Of a stretch of 64,000 nt of DNA, positions 14,500-27,080 are shown in pieces (the first letter of the stretch is position 1; each line of letters starts with the position of its first letter). Source of the DNA: Saccostrea cucullata (taxonomy: Eukaryota); the NCBI RefSeq assembly GCF_032062105.1, contig NW_026918140.1, positions 1 through 64,000 of the forward strand, read 5' to 3'. The notes beneath the pieces are model-generated. The model made no database searches, had not been told where the DNA came from, and worked only from the letters and a program-made list of their open reading frames with translations. Both the position numbers and the translations under genes were made by a program.

Positions 14500-15558
14500 T
14501 TTTAGCGCACCCGAGTTGAAATCAGAAGTGAACTTTTCTGATCACACTTTGCCTGAAGTTCGTCTGTCCGTCTATCTGTCTTTTCGTCCGTCACTTTGTA
14601 AACTTTTCAAAATTTTGACTTCTTCTCCAGAACCGCTGGATAAATTTTAACCAGACTTGCTTGAAAGCATTCTTGATGACGGAGATTCAAGTAATACCTT
14701 CTTTCAAGGGGAGATAATTCAGAAATAGGGAACCTTTAGTGAAATGTTTCAAAATCTTCTCAAGCACCACTGGGCCAAAGAAACTATATGAAATCATCAT
14801 AACGTAGTGTCGATTCAAGTTTGTTCAAATGATGACCCCGTGAAAAGGATGGGGTTAAAATGGTGGATCAAAATTTTACATTGGAATATATATATATATA
14901 TGTCTTGAAAAATTTTCATCCTAAGAACAACAAAGCTTCGTTAAGTCATTTTATGGTAGCATAAAATAGCTCAGATTTAAGTTTGTTCAAATCCTGACCC
15001 CGAAGGGTATGTTGGGCAGACAAAGGAGGATAAAAGTGTTATATAATAATACATATACCCTCTCAAGAACAGAAAAGCGATGTTTGGTTATATCGATATG
15101 GAAGCATCCTCAGGTTATGTAGATTCAAATTTGTTTAAATGATAACCGCTGGAGCTATGCTGGACACAAAATTGGGGGATCAGAGTTTATACATATAGGA
15201 ATATATGGAAAAAATCTTCCCAACAAAAGAAGCTCATGTTTAGTCTTGTTAGTATGGAAGCATCATCAGGTAGTGTACATTCAGGGTTGTTCAGATGATG
15301 ACCCCCAGGGATAGGGAGGGACCATAAAAGATGTATCAAATTTTTACAAAGGAAATATAGGATAAAACCTTTGAAATTCCTTTGCTCAAGAACTTCAAAG
15401 CCATTTGTTATTTTGAGTTATTATCAATATTATTTTTATTATTATCAGTTTTATTAAAATTCGAGTCTACCCAATTAAAAATTTTTAATACTGAACAGAT
15501 CTGTGCTTCTTGCAAGCCAGTGTGCTAAGGCGAGTGATGTCGCCCATGGTTTTCTTGT
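14500..15558 (+). mobile_element. Non-autonomous Helentron-like element with internal ~155-bp satellite-like array
   Basis: 5' end ttttagcgcacc..aagtgaacttttctgatcac, a cgtctgtccgtc microsatellite, about four diverged units containing attcaagtttgttcaaatgatgacccc (14812, 14975, 15122, 15280), and a 3' hairpin ggcgagtgatgtcgcc followed by cttgtt. Confidence 0.65.
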
Positions 15559-15579
15559 TATTCACTTGCGTCTTCTATA

Positions 15580-16160
15580 CATCTTGGATATTTTACTTGA
15601 AAAAGACGTTAATAGTAATCTAACAACCAAGCTCTATGATAAACATGATGACATTAACTTTTCAATCGTCAACTTCTCTTACTTATGCAGCAATATACTT
15701 TCATCACATGCATAAGGAGTTTATACCTCTTAGTTGATTCGATACGCAAGAGCATGTTCTACGTACAAACGAATTCTTGCACGAGGTAAATTATTTGACA
15801 AACAAGTTGATGAAACAAGAATATCAGCAGTCTCGTTCAAAGTTATCATTTCGTAAGTTCAATGGACGATACAATGACGTTGTCAGCAAATACAATTTAT
15901 TATTGTGTCAAATGCTGACTGACATTTATCATACTTATTATTACTCCATTATTTATACACTGAATTGACGGCGGATTTTCCCGTTATTTCCCTATCATGA
16001 TAAGGAACACACGGCGGGTGTGAGCGTCTGCACGGAATGCTCACTCCTACATGGCACCTGATTCCAACACTGATAATTTGGAGGTCAGTGTTTGCACTGC
16101 TCCTATTTTGTGTTGTTTTCTGGACTTTTGATCTTGAATACAGTTCGCTATCTCCACATG
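15580..16160 (+). mobile_element. Naiad-type PLE, RT C-terminus and 3' end
   Basis: LDILLEKDVN..TTKLYDK and QQSR.K.SFRKF, followed by the family 3' motif. Confidence 0.8.
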
Positions 16161-18016
16161 TTTCGCAAAGTGCCAAAGGCAGGTGAAAAGGAGATTCTCT
16201 TCCCAGTCACGTGATCCTATCTCTGATGTTTTTGTGGTTGCTTAATGTTTTCTGCTAAAATATTTCATGCCACCAACCTGTGGATGAATTATTTGCACCA
16301 AAAATCATGAAATCAATGAAGACAATAGAAACAATATCTCTGATTTATCTAACTAGAACACACAACGCATGACACAAAAGCACCATTCTCATGGTGAGAA
16401 GGGACAAGGGAGAGAACCACACACAGTTTTCACAGGATAAAACAACAAGCCATTTATTTCAAATCGTTGAAAATTTCAATTCAACATGATTTATACTTTT
16501 TAAGATATCGGATTATATATAACCTTCGATGAAATCCGGTCATACACTTTCAATCGTTTCAAATAAAAATTTGAGATTCGCAAACGCATTCACAGATTTC
16601 TGTGCTCACTTTTCCATCATTAATTTGTAAAAATTTGTTATTTGTGACAAACTTATAGTTTTACATTTCATTTTAACCGTCTGTCTTTCTGACTACGTCA
16701 CACGCAATTGAACGTTTTCGTCCACCCTCCCATCTTTCGGTTTTCTTGTCATCTGCTGAGCAATCGATGACCCATCAACCATCCAAAATCGGTAAAGCCA
16801 TTCATCTAAACAACTCTCTTATTTACATTCTTTCCTCTGCGAGACTTGTGGATCAACCAAACTGTCTCTACTACCGATTTCCCGATTTTAAAGCAAAAAT
16901 ACATTACAGTTTGTTGTCACTAATGTGGCAATTTTCTTCCATTTCGACATTTCCTTTGATCAATACATCAAAGTAAAACAACAATGTGTATGATAAAAAT
17001 AGCAATGATGTCATTTAATTTTCAACTTAAGACTAGAAAATATTGTAAATTTTGTCTTTTTAAAATTTTGGGAGATTAGGTGCTTTGTAAAGATGCTTAG
17101 TTAATGTGTTTGTCTTTTTCATTCTTAAAAAGTACACGTTAATTCGTGACGTTTGGGTGTGACGCGGCGACATCCACTATGTTCTTTCTTTTAAACGTTT
17201 ATAAAATAAATTCATTTAAACATTCTTTGATGAAAATTTCAATGTCAATTGTATTTATGATTGTGCATCTTTTGGTATATAGCATTTGATAATATGACGC
17301 CAAATATTAAAGATATGGACACAGTGACATTACTTTTGGATCAACCTTCGTAAAACAACCTTCCGTTTTCGTCACGTCTAGATCCTTCGATGAAATCCGG
17401 ATCATCGACAAGACAGAGGTACTCTGTGCTCTGATAAATGTGCCTATTTGATGTAAGTATGCCTGAGTTTTGTTTCTGCCAAAACTGTGGGCATGAGCGT
17501 TTTCCGGGGATCATTATGGAACAAGACGCCATCTTGACTCTGCACACGGCACATCTTCTGATATGCGCACTCGTAGCATGTTTATTTGGTACTCGGCGCC
17601 ATTGAGGTAGCCAAAGTCATCGCCGCCTGCGACGGAAACTGATGAACCATGGGGCAGGTTTCCTGAATCGTGTGGTAGGCACAAAGTATTCACACCGTCA
17701 CCTGCATCTAAGTATTGTTTCCCTCCAGTTATCTCTGAATGAGAATAAAAGCCAACTTATTACACAAGCAACTCTATATACATTTAAATTGCAATCGTAG
17801 TAGAGTTCTATAAATATTCTTTTTAACGAGTTTTATCTTAGTTTGAAATTACGAGTTGATTTAAATTAAATGAATAATTTTTCTTTAATGATCTACTTAA
17901 TTGAATTTAATTAGTGTTTAATAATGCTTACTATTAACTTTTTTATGTAGCATTGTTTCGATTTGGAAAGTGCAAATCGAAATGATTACCTTCATAAACA
18001 ACTTCCGTTCCATTTA

Positions 18017-18226
18017 CTTTTGGACACGTTTTCTTTCCCCAAATTTAAAGGTGGAACCTAAGTAACCACATTATATAAGTAATGAAAGTAATGTAAAATT
18101 TGTAAAATTTCTAAATGAAATCATTCCGAACTTTTGGACAAGTTTTCTTTCCCCAAATTTTTAAAGGTGGAACCTAAGTAAATAAGTAATGTAAAATTTG
18201 TAAAATTTCTAAATGAAATCATCCCG
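18017..18226. repeat. Local tandem duplication (~110 bp) of part of pseudogene exon 2
   Basis: cttttggaca..ttttctttccccaaattt..aaaggtggaacctaagtaa..aagtaatgtaaaatttgtaaaatttctaaatgaaatcat occurs twice. Confidence 0.8.
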
Positions 18227-18441
18227 AGTACCATCTGGTTTTATGAATTAACAAAATATAAAATAGCTGATTATTTTCTGTTTCTAGTAATCAAATGATA
18301 CTCTATGTAATGTGTCTGCTACTTCAACGGCTATCATCACTTTAATTTCATTGTGAATGCTTGAACAACAAGAAAACATTTAAATAAGTTCAATTAAATA
18401 TTTTTTCAATGATGTACTCTTTATTCCGATGCAATCCTTTC

Positions 18442-18535
18442 GCCCGCGTGGTGCAGTGGTTAGAGCGTCTGCTCTACACTAGAGTGGCGAAGGAGTTGAT
18501 CCGTCCGACGTGGTTTTGATTTCCACAATGGGATA
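18442..18535 (+). mobile_element. tRNA-derived SINE head fragment
   Basis: gcccgcgtggtgcagtggttagagcg (A box) as in the SINE at 43882; the B box is degenerate. Confidence 0.6.
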
Positions 18536-19069
18536 TTAACACCGGTAACCAACAGAAAATAAAATGCTCTTTATTATTTAAAAAAAACGCAACATGCTCT
18601 ATCTTACAACAAATACTTCAAAGCCAGATTGTATGTATTTGAAGGCGTTGGTTTTACACCGATAGCTGATATAAATGTATCGTTCAAAGGAGAAAAAAAG
18701 TATTATACTTATCTAGTTTTTTTTAATTAAAAAAGATCTATTTTGTTTAAAAAAATAATAGGGTGGACGTGTACATAATTTGGGGCATTCAAAATTTTGC
18801 GTACTCACTGGATAAGGAGTTGTTGACGTAATTCTAAATTAGCGCTACACTTGTCCGTTCAGTGTTTTGTAAATGTAAATAATTTCTTAACGGTATTCAC
18901 GGATTAGCGCATTGCTGTCTGCGCCAAAGCCACCAAAATATGAAACCCACTTTTTAAAGTAGACATACAGTAATTACAGCGCATGCCAATGTTTTAACAC
19001 AGCATACTGTGATTCAAAACAAAAATATTGGAGTTGGTCACGTTTAAGTATCGATAGAATATATTTAAT

Positions 19070-19345
19070 GCAACATATGGAGATAGCGAACAGTATTCCA
19101 GATCAAAATTCCTTAAAACAAATAGAAGCAGAGAAACACGGACCTCCAAAACATCAGCGGTGGGATCAGGTGCCATGGAGGAGTGAGCATTCCCTGCCAA
19201 ACGGTCACAACCGCCGTGTGCTCTCCGTCATGACCGGCAAACAACAAAAAATCGTCATCAATTCAGTGAATGAATAATGGACCATTATTTAGTACAAAAA
19301 CGTCAGTCAGCACCCGACGTAATGGTAAATTGTATTTGTTGACAG
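19070..19345 (-). mobile_element. Naiad-type PLE 3' fragment
   Basis: Family 3' motif on the minus strand. Confidence 0.75.
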
Positions 19346-21331
19346 ATAAATCAGATATTGATATATTTACATAAACCTTTTTTCAACAATACTTACTCTG
19401 TGTGCCCTGTCTGTTTTGTTAAAACAGAAACCTGGTACCTCAAAGATAACAATTCCTGATTTTGACTTCCCAGCTGAGATTTGAGTGAGTTCATCTCCTG
19501 TTTCAGATGTTCGATCTGGGACTGTAGAACTTGTGGATCACCCAAGAGGAATATTGTGGACTAAAAACATTACAGTTGATTCAACTGGAGATACACATGT
19601 AAGGGAAGTATGCATCTTATCTTTACTCAAACAGAAATCCTTAAATTTATCCATTAATAGGACATTTATGATCTTGAAATTTGTGATAAAGACATCTCAT
19701 TCTCTTGAGGGTGACAATGTGGTTACTTGTATGCTTGATTTAAGGTTTTCTGTTAGCTTTGGCTCTTGGATATACCCTTTAGTTCAATCGGTAGAGTACT
19801 AGACTGGCATGGCAGAGGTCGCGAATTCATTCAGAAAGTAACATAATTCACCAATCACCTTACTTTTACTTTATGTAAAGTGTAAACCATTCTCGTAAAA
19901 AGACATGACTTGTGTATATAATTTTTAATAAATAAAAAAATACATTGTAAATTAATTTGATCAGAAAAAATGTTTCTGATAGAACCTTGCCGAAGTACGG
20001 TAAAATCAAATATTTTCATGGGGTAAACTTTTCAAGGTTTGAGGGAAAAAAGATATTTTCTGTGAATCCTAGACCCCCCTAAATATGTTTGCATCTCGCA
20101 AGACATATGTTTTTTTCATTTGTTAATTAATTACAAAGTTAAATGATCTGACATTTATTACGAGTCTGCTTCCTCTCTTTTATATTTGGATGTTTACTGA
20201 CTACAGACTATATAATTAAGGTCAACTAATTTCTAAATCCTATGATAACATGGATAAGCAAAACGTACAATGTAGTAATGTTCTGTTTTCACCTGGATCA
20301 TATAGGCCTAGTTTGAACCTCAAGAATGTGCTCCGTGTAATATTATTTTATAAACAAAGCAAACTATTTTGTATTGCCTCATGAGCGGCTGAAGAAGTAT
20401 TTACATGAGTTTCAGGGTAGCAATGTTTTCCCTTCTAAGATAGAAATGTAATTTCTAAGAGGTCAGAATTATTCTTTTCTAAGTGTAGCTACATCTTTTA
20501 CAATTCAATGCATTTTAAGAATTAGAAATGTTTACTTTTCTGAAAACAGTTGAAACTATATCATAAAGTTTTTGAATGAGTTTTTTAAAAAATATCATAA
20601 TTTAGCATTGTATACAACTGATCTAAATATCTGAACCTGCCGCTATCAATCAAATAGCAAAACTGCTGAATGCTGTCATTTTCAAATCATGTTTAATATT
20701 TTGTCCGTTTCACAACAAAAAGCATTTTGTACCAGCTTTTGAAATACGCAGGAAAGGAATCTCAATGTCAGTGAATTTTACGTTAGAAACCTCTTCTTTC
20801 AGCTTTATGTGCTATCCGATTCAGTTTGCCTGGAAATGTGATCTTTTCAACAGTTTTCATCTATTTTTGCAACAACAGTGTTAAAGAACTTTTTTAAAAA
20901 AAAATTCTTGCACAACTAAAAAACCAAATTTATGATAAGACCAATAACTTTGTTTGGACTTAATCATATAAATTGAGTATAATTACATAACATCTAAATC
21001 TACTCAAATGCATAAGAAGACATTTAATTGGCACTTTGTCTTGAAAAGTTACCTGTACGTTTTTTCAGTTTTGATAATATACAGAAATTGTGATATAAGA
21101 TTTTAAACTTGTTGCTTTACTGCGGGATGCAACCTTGTAAATTATACTAACCATTTATACGTATATATTAAAGACATAAATGTAGGGAATGTTTTGATAA
21201 TTTGTAAAAGTAAATATATCTACTGTATAAAAAGAGTCCTACCAGCATTTTTGTAAAAAGTGACTTGAAAATAATTATATGCTACGAGATTCAATAAAAT
21301 AGACTAAAACGAATAAAAAATATATTAAAAT

Positions 21332-24300
21332 CTATTTTGCGCAAACAACACAGCCAACAAGAACATTGTTCTCATATGGAGGACAAGGGAGAGAACCACA
21401 CACGGTTTTCACAGGATAAAACAACCTTCCGTTATCGTCACGTCTAGATCCTTCGATGAAATCCGGATCATCGTCCAGACAAAGGTATTCTGTACTTTCA
21501 TAGTCATGCCAACTGGATGTCAGGAAACCAGAATACTGTTTTCGCCAGGTCACCGGGCATGAATGTTTTCCGGAGATCATGATGGTGGAAGACGCCATTT
21601 TGGCACGACAAACGGCACACGGAACATCTTCCTGTATGTGGACGCGGTGGATGGAAAATTGGTATTCTGCTCCATACAGGTGCCCGTAGTCATCACCGCT
21701 AATGACCGAAATACCATATGGTAGTCTTTCTGGATCGTGAGGAAGACAAAGGGTGTTTGCACCACCTCCTTTTTCTGAGAAACTTTTTCCACCGGTAAAT
21801 CCTGAATTAAAAAAAAAATAAACTGCAGACTTTTCTTGAAAATAGTTTCAATTGTAAAAAGGATATGTAGATAACGAACAGTATTCAATATCAAAGTCCA
21901 TAAATAATACAAAATAGGAGCAGAGCAAACACGGACCTCCGAAAAACCAGAGGTGGGATCAGGGACCATGGAGGAGTGAGCATCCCCTACTGACCAGACA
22001 CCCCGACGTGTATTCCTTGTCATGATCGTGAAATAACGGAAAAATTCGGCGTCATTTAAGCGTATAAAAAATGATCTAATAATTGATATGAAAAACGTCA
22101 GTCAATATTTCACTCAGTGATTAATTGTATTTGCTGACAAGGTCATTGTATCGATCATAGAACTTACGAAATGATGACTTTAAACGAAACTGCTGATATT
22201 CTTGTTTCATCAACTTTCTTGTCAATAATTTACCTCGTTTTAGAGATTGTTCATACGAAGAGCATACTCCTAATTATCAACTGAGATATATATATATACT
22301 ACGTATGCTAGTGATGAAGGTATATTGCTGCACAAGTAAAGGAGGTAGACGATAGAAAAGTTAAAGTCATCACGTTTATCATATAAATTGGTTGCTAGAT
22401 TACCATTAACGTCTTTTTAAAGTAAAATATCTAAGTATAAAAAAGATGTGTCAGACTCTGTGGAATCTTTTATCTCAGGCTCTCCTGGATATATCGTATC
22501 GACGTAGGAATGGAAATTACCATTGTTGATTGACAATACGTCGTCGATATATCTTCGTCGATATATCTTCAAGTTCAGTTGAAGGCCACAGCAAGTGTTT
22601 TCTTCTTTTAACGCATAAGATTTTGCATAAAATCTACTTCATATGAATACAAAAATAGGTCTGCTAATAACGGAGCGCAAATGGTTCCCATTGGAATTCC
22701 AATAGATTGTTGGAAGACCTGGTCTCCAAAAACCACCTAGATATTGTCAATCAGAAACTCAAGCATCTTCTTGCTGTCAACTTCAGGATTTTCTATATCT
22801 CTCAATTAATTGATTCACAAAGCTTTCTAAATCGATGTAAATTATTGACAAGCAAGTTGGTGAAACAAGAATATCAACAGTCTCGTTTAAAGTCATAATT
22901 TCGTAAGATCTATGTTCGATACAATGACCTTTTCAGCAAATACAATTTATCATTGAGTCAATTGCTGACTGACGTTTTTCAAACCAATTGTTAGTCCATT
23001 TTTATACACTGAATTGACGAAAGTTTTTTTCCGTTATTTCACGATCATGACAAGGAACAGACGGCGGGTGTGACCGGTCAGCAGGGGGTGCTCACTCCTC
23101 CATGGCACCTGATCCCACCTCTGATGATTCGGAGGTCCGTGTTTACTCTGCTCTTTTTTGTATTGTTTTATGGACTTTGAGATCGAATACTGTTCGTTAT
23201 CTCCATATCCTTATTCCCACACGGCCTCTGATCCCACCTGTACATTTAGTAGCTGTTTTTAGTCGACACTAAATTTGTTTTGCTTTAATTGACATTCTGA
23301 ATACTTGCAATCTTCATACAATGTTTTTTATCTGCTCTTGTTCATTTGTTGAATGAAATAATGATAGTTTTGTCTCATCTACTAAATTTGTGCAGAATGC
23401 TTTTTTTTGGGTTAATTTTTTAAAAAGAGTTTCACCCGGTCTAGTTAAATATTTGATACTTGAAATATGTTATATGCTTAGCAGTCACGCTCACCTCATG
23501 CATCTTTCCAAATAAACTTTAAATATTTTGATAAACATTTATATTTTTGTTTGATTTTGTAGTCATTCAAGAGGAATGTACTATTCTACTTCCTCTTGGG
23601 CCATCCTTAAAAAAATGTTTGTTTGGAATTGCCGCCTGAAAGGTTTCAGACACAGGATGGAGGGAGGGAAATTATTTTTTTTTTAATTAAAGAAAAAAAA
23701 TTAATTTTTGATAAAAGTTTCTGTAAATAGTAAATACATTTTCTGACTTTTAAAAAAAGTATCACTACCATCAACAAAAAATTCTAATTTTACCTAGATC
23801 TGACACTATATTTCAGTGTTTTTTTTTTTGGGGGGGGGGTGCATGTCATACATGTAATGGGCAAAAAAATTGATTAAATAAAAAAAATCTTGATCAATAA
23901 AATTTTTTTCAGGAGGGGGCAATTTTAACGAGGCGGGAGGCAATTCCAAACAAACTATAATTTTATTTTAGCCTTGTGCAAATATATACTACTTTACCCT
24001 AATACCCGTAATATATTATTTTTTGCACGCCGTATCTTTCATAACAAAATTGAATAATTGAATGCTTAGACAGCAATATTCCTAACGGGATAAATAAAAA
24101 TTACCTTTGTAAATCATTTCGGTGCCATTCACATTCGGACAGTTATTCTTTCCCCAAACGGTAAAGGTAGCACCTAAAAGTTTTTGAAAAATCATGCATG
24201 ATAATTGAATTGATACTGAATTTTGAAACAAATGTATTTAATGCATTGAGAGCCTGTTTGATATAATATGTTTGAGACATGCTTCTTGAAGTTTCTTGTT

Positions 24301-24662
24301 ATTGAAAAATCTTATCATGATTTAAAAAAAAAAAAATTCTATTTTATGCAATGCCTCGAAAATTGTCATTTGATTTTTAAAAACAAATTACCACGGTCGT
24401 TAGATTGCTGAGTAAGAGCGAAGATCTGACCCCTCAAGGACGATATTTCATTATTCTGGCTGGCCAGCTGAGATTTAAGGGCGTTTATTTCCTGGTCTGT
24501 AGTGGTTTTTAAGATGTTCACTTCTTGTAGAAGATGTTGGATTTGGGATTGAAGAACCTGCGGATCATTCAGGAGTAGTCGTTCCTGTCTTTCCAACCCA
24601 CGACATAACTGCACAATCAAACTGCATAGTAACACGGACGGTAATTTACAACCCTTAAACAT
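21332..24662 (-). CDS. Secreted short-chain collagen C4-like (spongin NC1-type domain) protein; exons 24662-24392, 24173-24105, 21801-21332; 269 aa
   Basis: Signal peptide, coiled coil, then TFTVWGKNNCP..YKGFTGG..GGGANTLCLPHDP..LYGAEY..DVPCAVC..GKHSCP..W.KQYSGFL..EYLCLD.DP..LFYPV..CGSLPCPPY..CVVCAK. Phase-1 GT-AG introns. 810 nt in frame. Confidence 0.87.
21862..23212. mobile_element. Inverted (head-to-head) Naiad-type PLE insertion: minus arm 21862-~22788, plus arm ~22790-23212
   Basis: The minus arm has RT remnants (GIPMGTICAP, YIDDVLS). Both arms end in the family 3' motif pointing outward. Confidence 0.8.
23598..23974. mobile_element. MITE-like element
   Basis: Inverted ends tttgtttggaattgcc / ggcaattccaaacaaa. 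Confidence 0.5.
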
Positions 24663-25125
24663 GGCTGATTAGTAGTTGTGAATTATATTGGAGACATTAT
24701 ATTTTTATCTATAAGACATAATTTACTAGAACTTCCTTATCGTCAACCCAATGACATAGATATGAGTGCACTGAAATATATGCTATCACAATATTAAAAT
24801 ATCTATAAACAAGATCAGCTATGTAATACATTTTTCTTGCTCTTTTTCGACTCAGAGTAAAAATATTCGTTGGTAGGTATGTGAGAATTTTACTTTCCTA
24901 GAGAGTTTAAACTTCAATTTAAATTCAAATTTCAAAATCGAGTTAAAATCTGTGATCCGGAATTAATAAAAAAAATAATTGCTCTCTGAAGGTTTAAAAA
25001 TTGAGTGGACTATTTTTTAAAAAGTCGCTTGGAAAGGGTAACTAAACAATATTTTCTTTTCAAGCTAGTCTTGTACACTTTTTATATTCTATTTTTGAAA
25101 ACCTTTTTTTTACAAAAAGACAAAC

Positions 25126-25128
<3 letters not shown>

Positions 25129-25197
<69 letters not shown>
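25129..25197. repeat. (GA)n microsatellite
   Basis: Directly visible. Confidence 0.95.
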
Positions 25198-25199
25198 TG

Positions 25200-27080
25200 A
25201 TTAAGAAAATATATCAGTTAATGGTCTCCAGCTTTCATCAAAAGATTCTTTTTCATTATTTTTATAAGATATATATTTTTGTAATTCGTATATTGTCTTA
25301 ATAGAGGATATCAAACCACCTAAGGAGATGTTTCTGTTTGTACATTTGTACAGATAGATATAATGTTATATTTGTAAGGCAATAATATTTTTAAGTTGAT
25401 CAGTTTTCTTCACAGAGCCCTATAAAAATTCTTTTTTTGAAAAGGTTATAGAAGTGCGGATTTTATTAAAACAGTAGTTTGCAAAATTCTCTAATAGAGA
25501 CTGAACATGTTCACATTCCCACAACAAATATTCTATTGTTTCAGTTTCTTTTTACAGAAGGTACATTTTTTATCATCAGTTTGATTAATTTTGTGTAGGA
25601 GGGAATTTGTCGCAAGTATTTTATGGTTTATTCTAAATTGAAACCACTGAAGTTTGGTGTTTTTTGTAATTTTGAATGGAAGTAAATAAATTATCTCCCA
25701 TTCACCATTGCTCATGTCAAATATTCTATTCCAAGAGATTTTACCCAATGGTTCAATTTTTTGTTGAATAAGTATTTCATATAAATCATGTGATTTCTTT
25801 GCGTTCAGGAGCGAATAAACATTATCTGGGATATATGGGTAAGCTATCTATGATAAGTTATTTTGATCTCTGTTTATCTTTCTTAGCCATTCTAATGTAG
25901 ATGCCTTAATGCCACTATATTCAAGAAAATGTGTTTTTATCCCGTATTTCATATATAGATCATTCAAACTCATATATGTCCCATCTTCATTGAGTATGTC
26001 ATTTATACATAAAATGTTACAAGAGAACCATTTTTTATAGAAGAATGGCTTTTTGTTAATGTTAAATTTTTTATTATGGAATAATGGTTCTAAAGAAGTA
26101 AGTGTATCATTTTGTAATGATTTGTCCCAAAAGCTTTGCCATGCATGTAACACGTCCTTCCAAAAATTATTTTTTAAATTATTGATCTTTTTGACAACAT
26201 ACTCTCGCCCATAACATACAATTTTTTTAATGTCAATATCTAAAAAGGAGTCTAACCCATTGTCCCGCAGTAATAATTTTTTCATCCAAACTAGTTTTAA
26301 GGACATAATGAACTCTCTTATACTAATCATCTTAAAGCCCTCTTCTTTGTAATTCATTACACATTTTTTTTTTCATTTTAGTCTTGAAATATTACTTCCC
26401 ATTACAAAAGTATAAAAAAGATTTTCTAATTCTTTCATTTGAATTTCAGAGGGACTTGGGAGAGATGCAAAAACATGATTTAAAGTTGGCAATAAAAGAG
26501 TTTTTAGAACCATCAGACGACCAAGAGGAGTTAAATTTCTCCTGTTCCAGTGTTGCATTAATTTTTTTATATTACTTATTTTTGATGCACAATTAAGCAT
26601 AAATATATTTTTTAAATCTGTGTCAAAATCAATGCCTAATAATTTAAAAGTTATTTTCTCCACTCTAACATATGATCTGTACTTAGGGTATCGATGCTGC
26701 CTTTTTGGGACCCAATCCAGACTACTTGAGTTTTTCTGTAATTTATATGCAAGCCTGACATATTCGCAAATCTTTTAAGAGTGGTGAGACTTGTTTGGAG
26801 TGATCTTTCACTTCCATCTAATATTAAGAAGTATCATCTGCCAACATACTTAACTTTTTTTTCAGTATTCATAAACCGAATCCCCTTTATATTCAAGATA
26901 TTTTATTTCTTCTACAAGTTTTTCTTATTATTGCTTTGTTAGTTTCTTTTTGTATGAGGAATAGGAAATACATTTTCCTCTCATTTCCATGAGTAGGGTT
27001 TCTAAAAACAATTGATCATTTATTGTAAAGACTAATTCTTCATCATTAATTTGCTGTACACTTTTTATGTCTAACTGTTA
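25200..27080 (-). mobile_element. Tx1/L1-like non-LTR retrotransposon ORF2, 5'-truncated and degraded
   Basis: ADD RT motif near 26840, GL.IN..KT, FKLLGIDF, W.RRNLTPLGR..VLKTL, FWKDVL.AW, TKLQWFQFRINHKILATN..C.FC (zf-RVT-like); ORF ends at TAA 25201-25203. Confidence 0.8.

Larger units (their letters stand above)
16350..19550 (-). pseudogene. Pseudogene of the short-chain collagen C4-like gene: exon 1 remnant 19397-19550, exon 2 ~17990-18057, exon 3 17341-17734, displaced C-terminal fragments 16350-16545
   Basis: Translations LLGDPQVLQSQIEHLKQEMNSLKSQL, WGKKTCPKVNGTEVVYE, NTLCLPHD..GYLNGAEYQ, STEYLCLVDDPDFIEGSRR and FYPVKTVCGSLPCP parallel the intact neighbour. No signal peptide or ATG, frameshifts in exons 2 and 3, premature stop. 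Confidence 0.82.

Noticed and set aside
21577-22023. 148-aa ORF overlapping the collagen-like exon
   Set aside because: It is a chimera of PLE 3' sequence and the wrong frame of exon 3.
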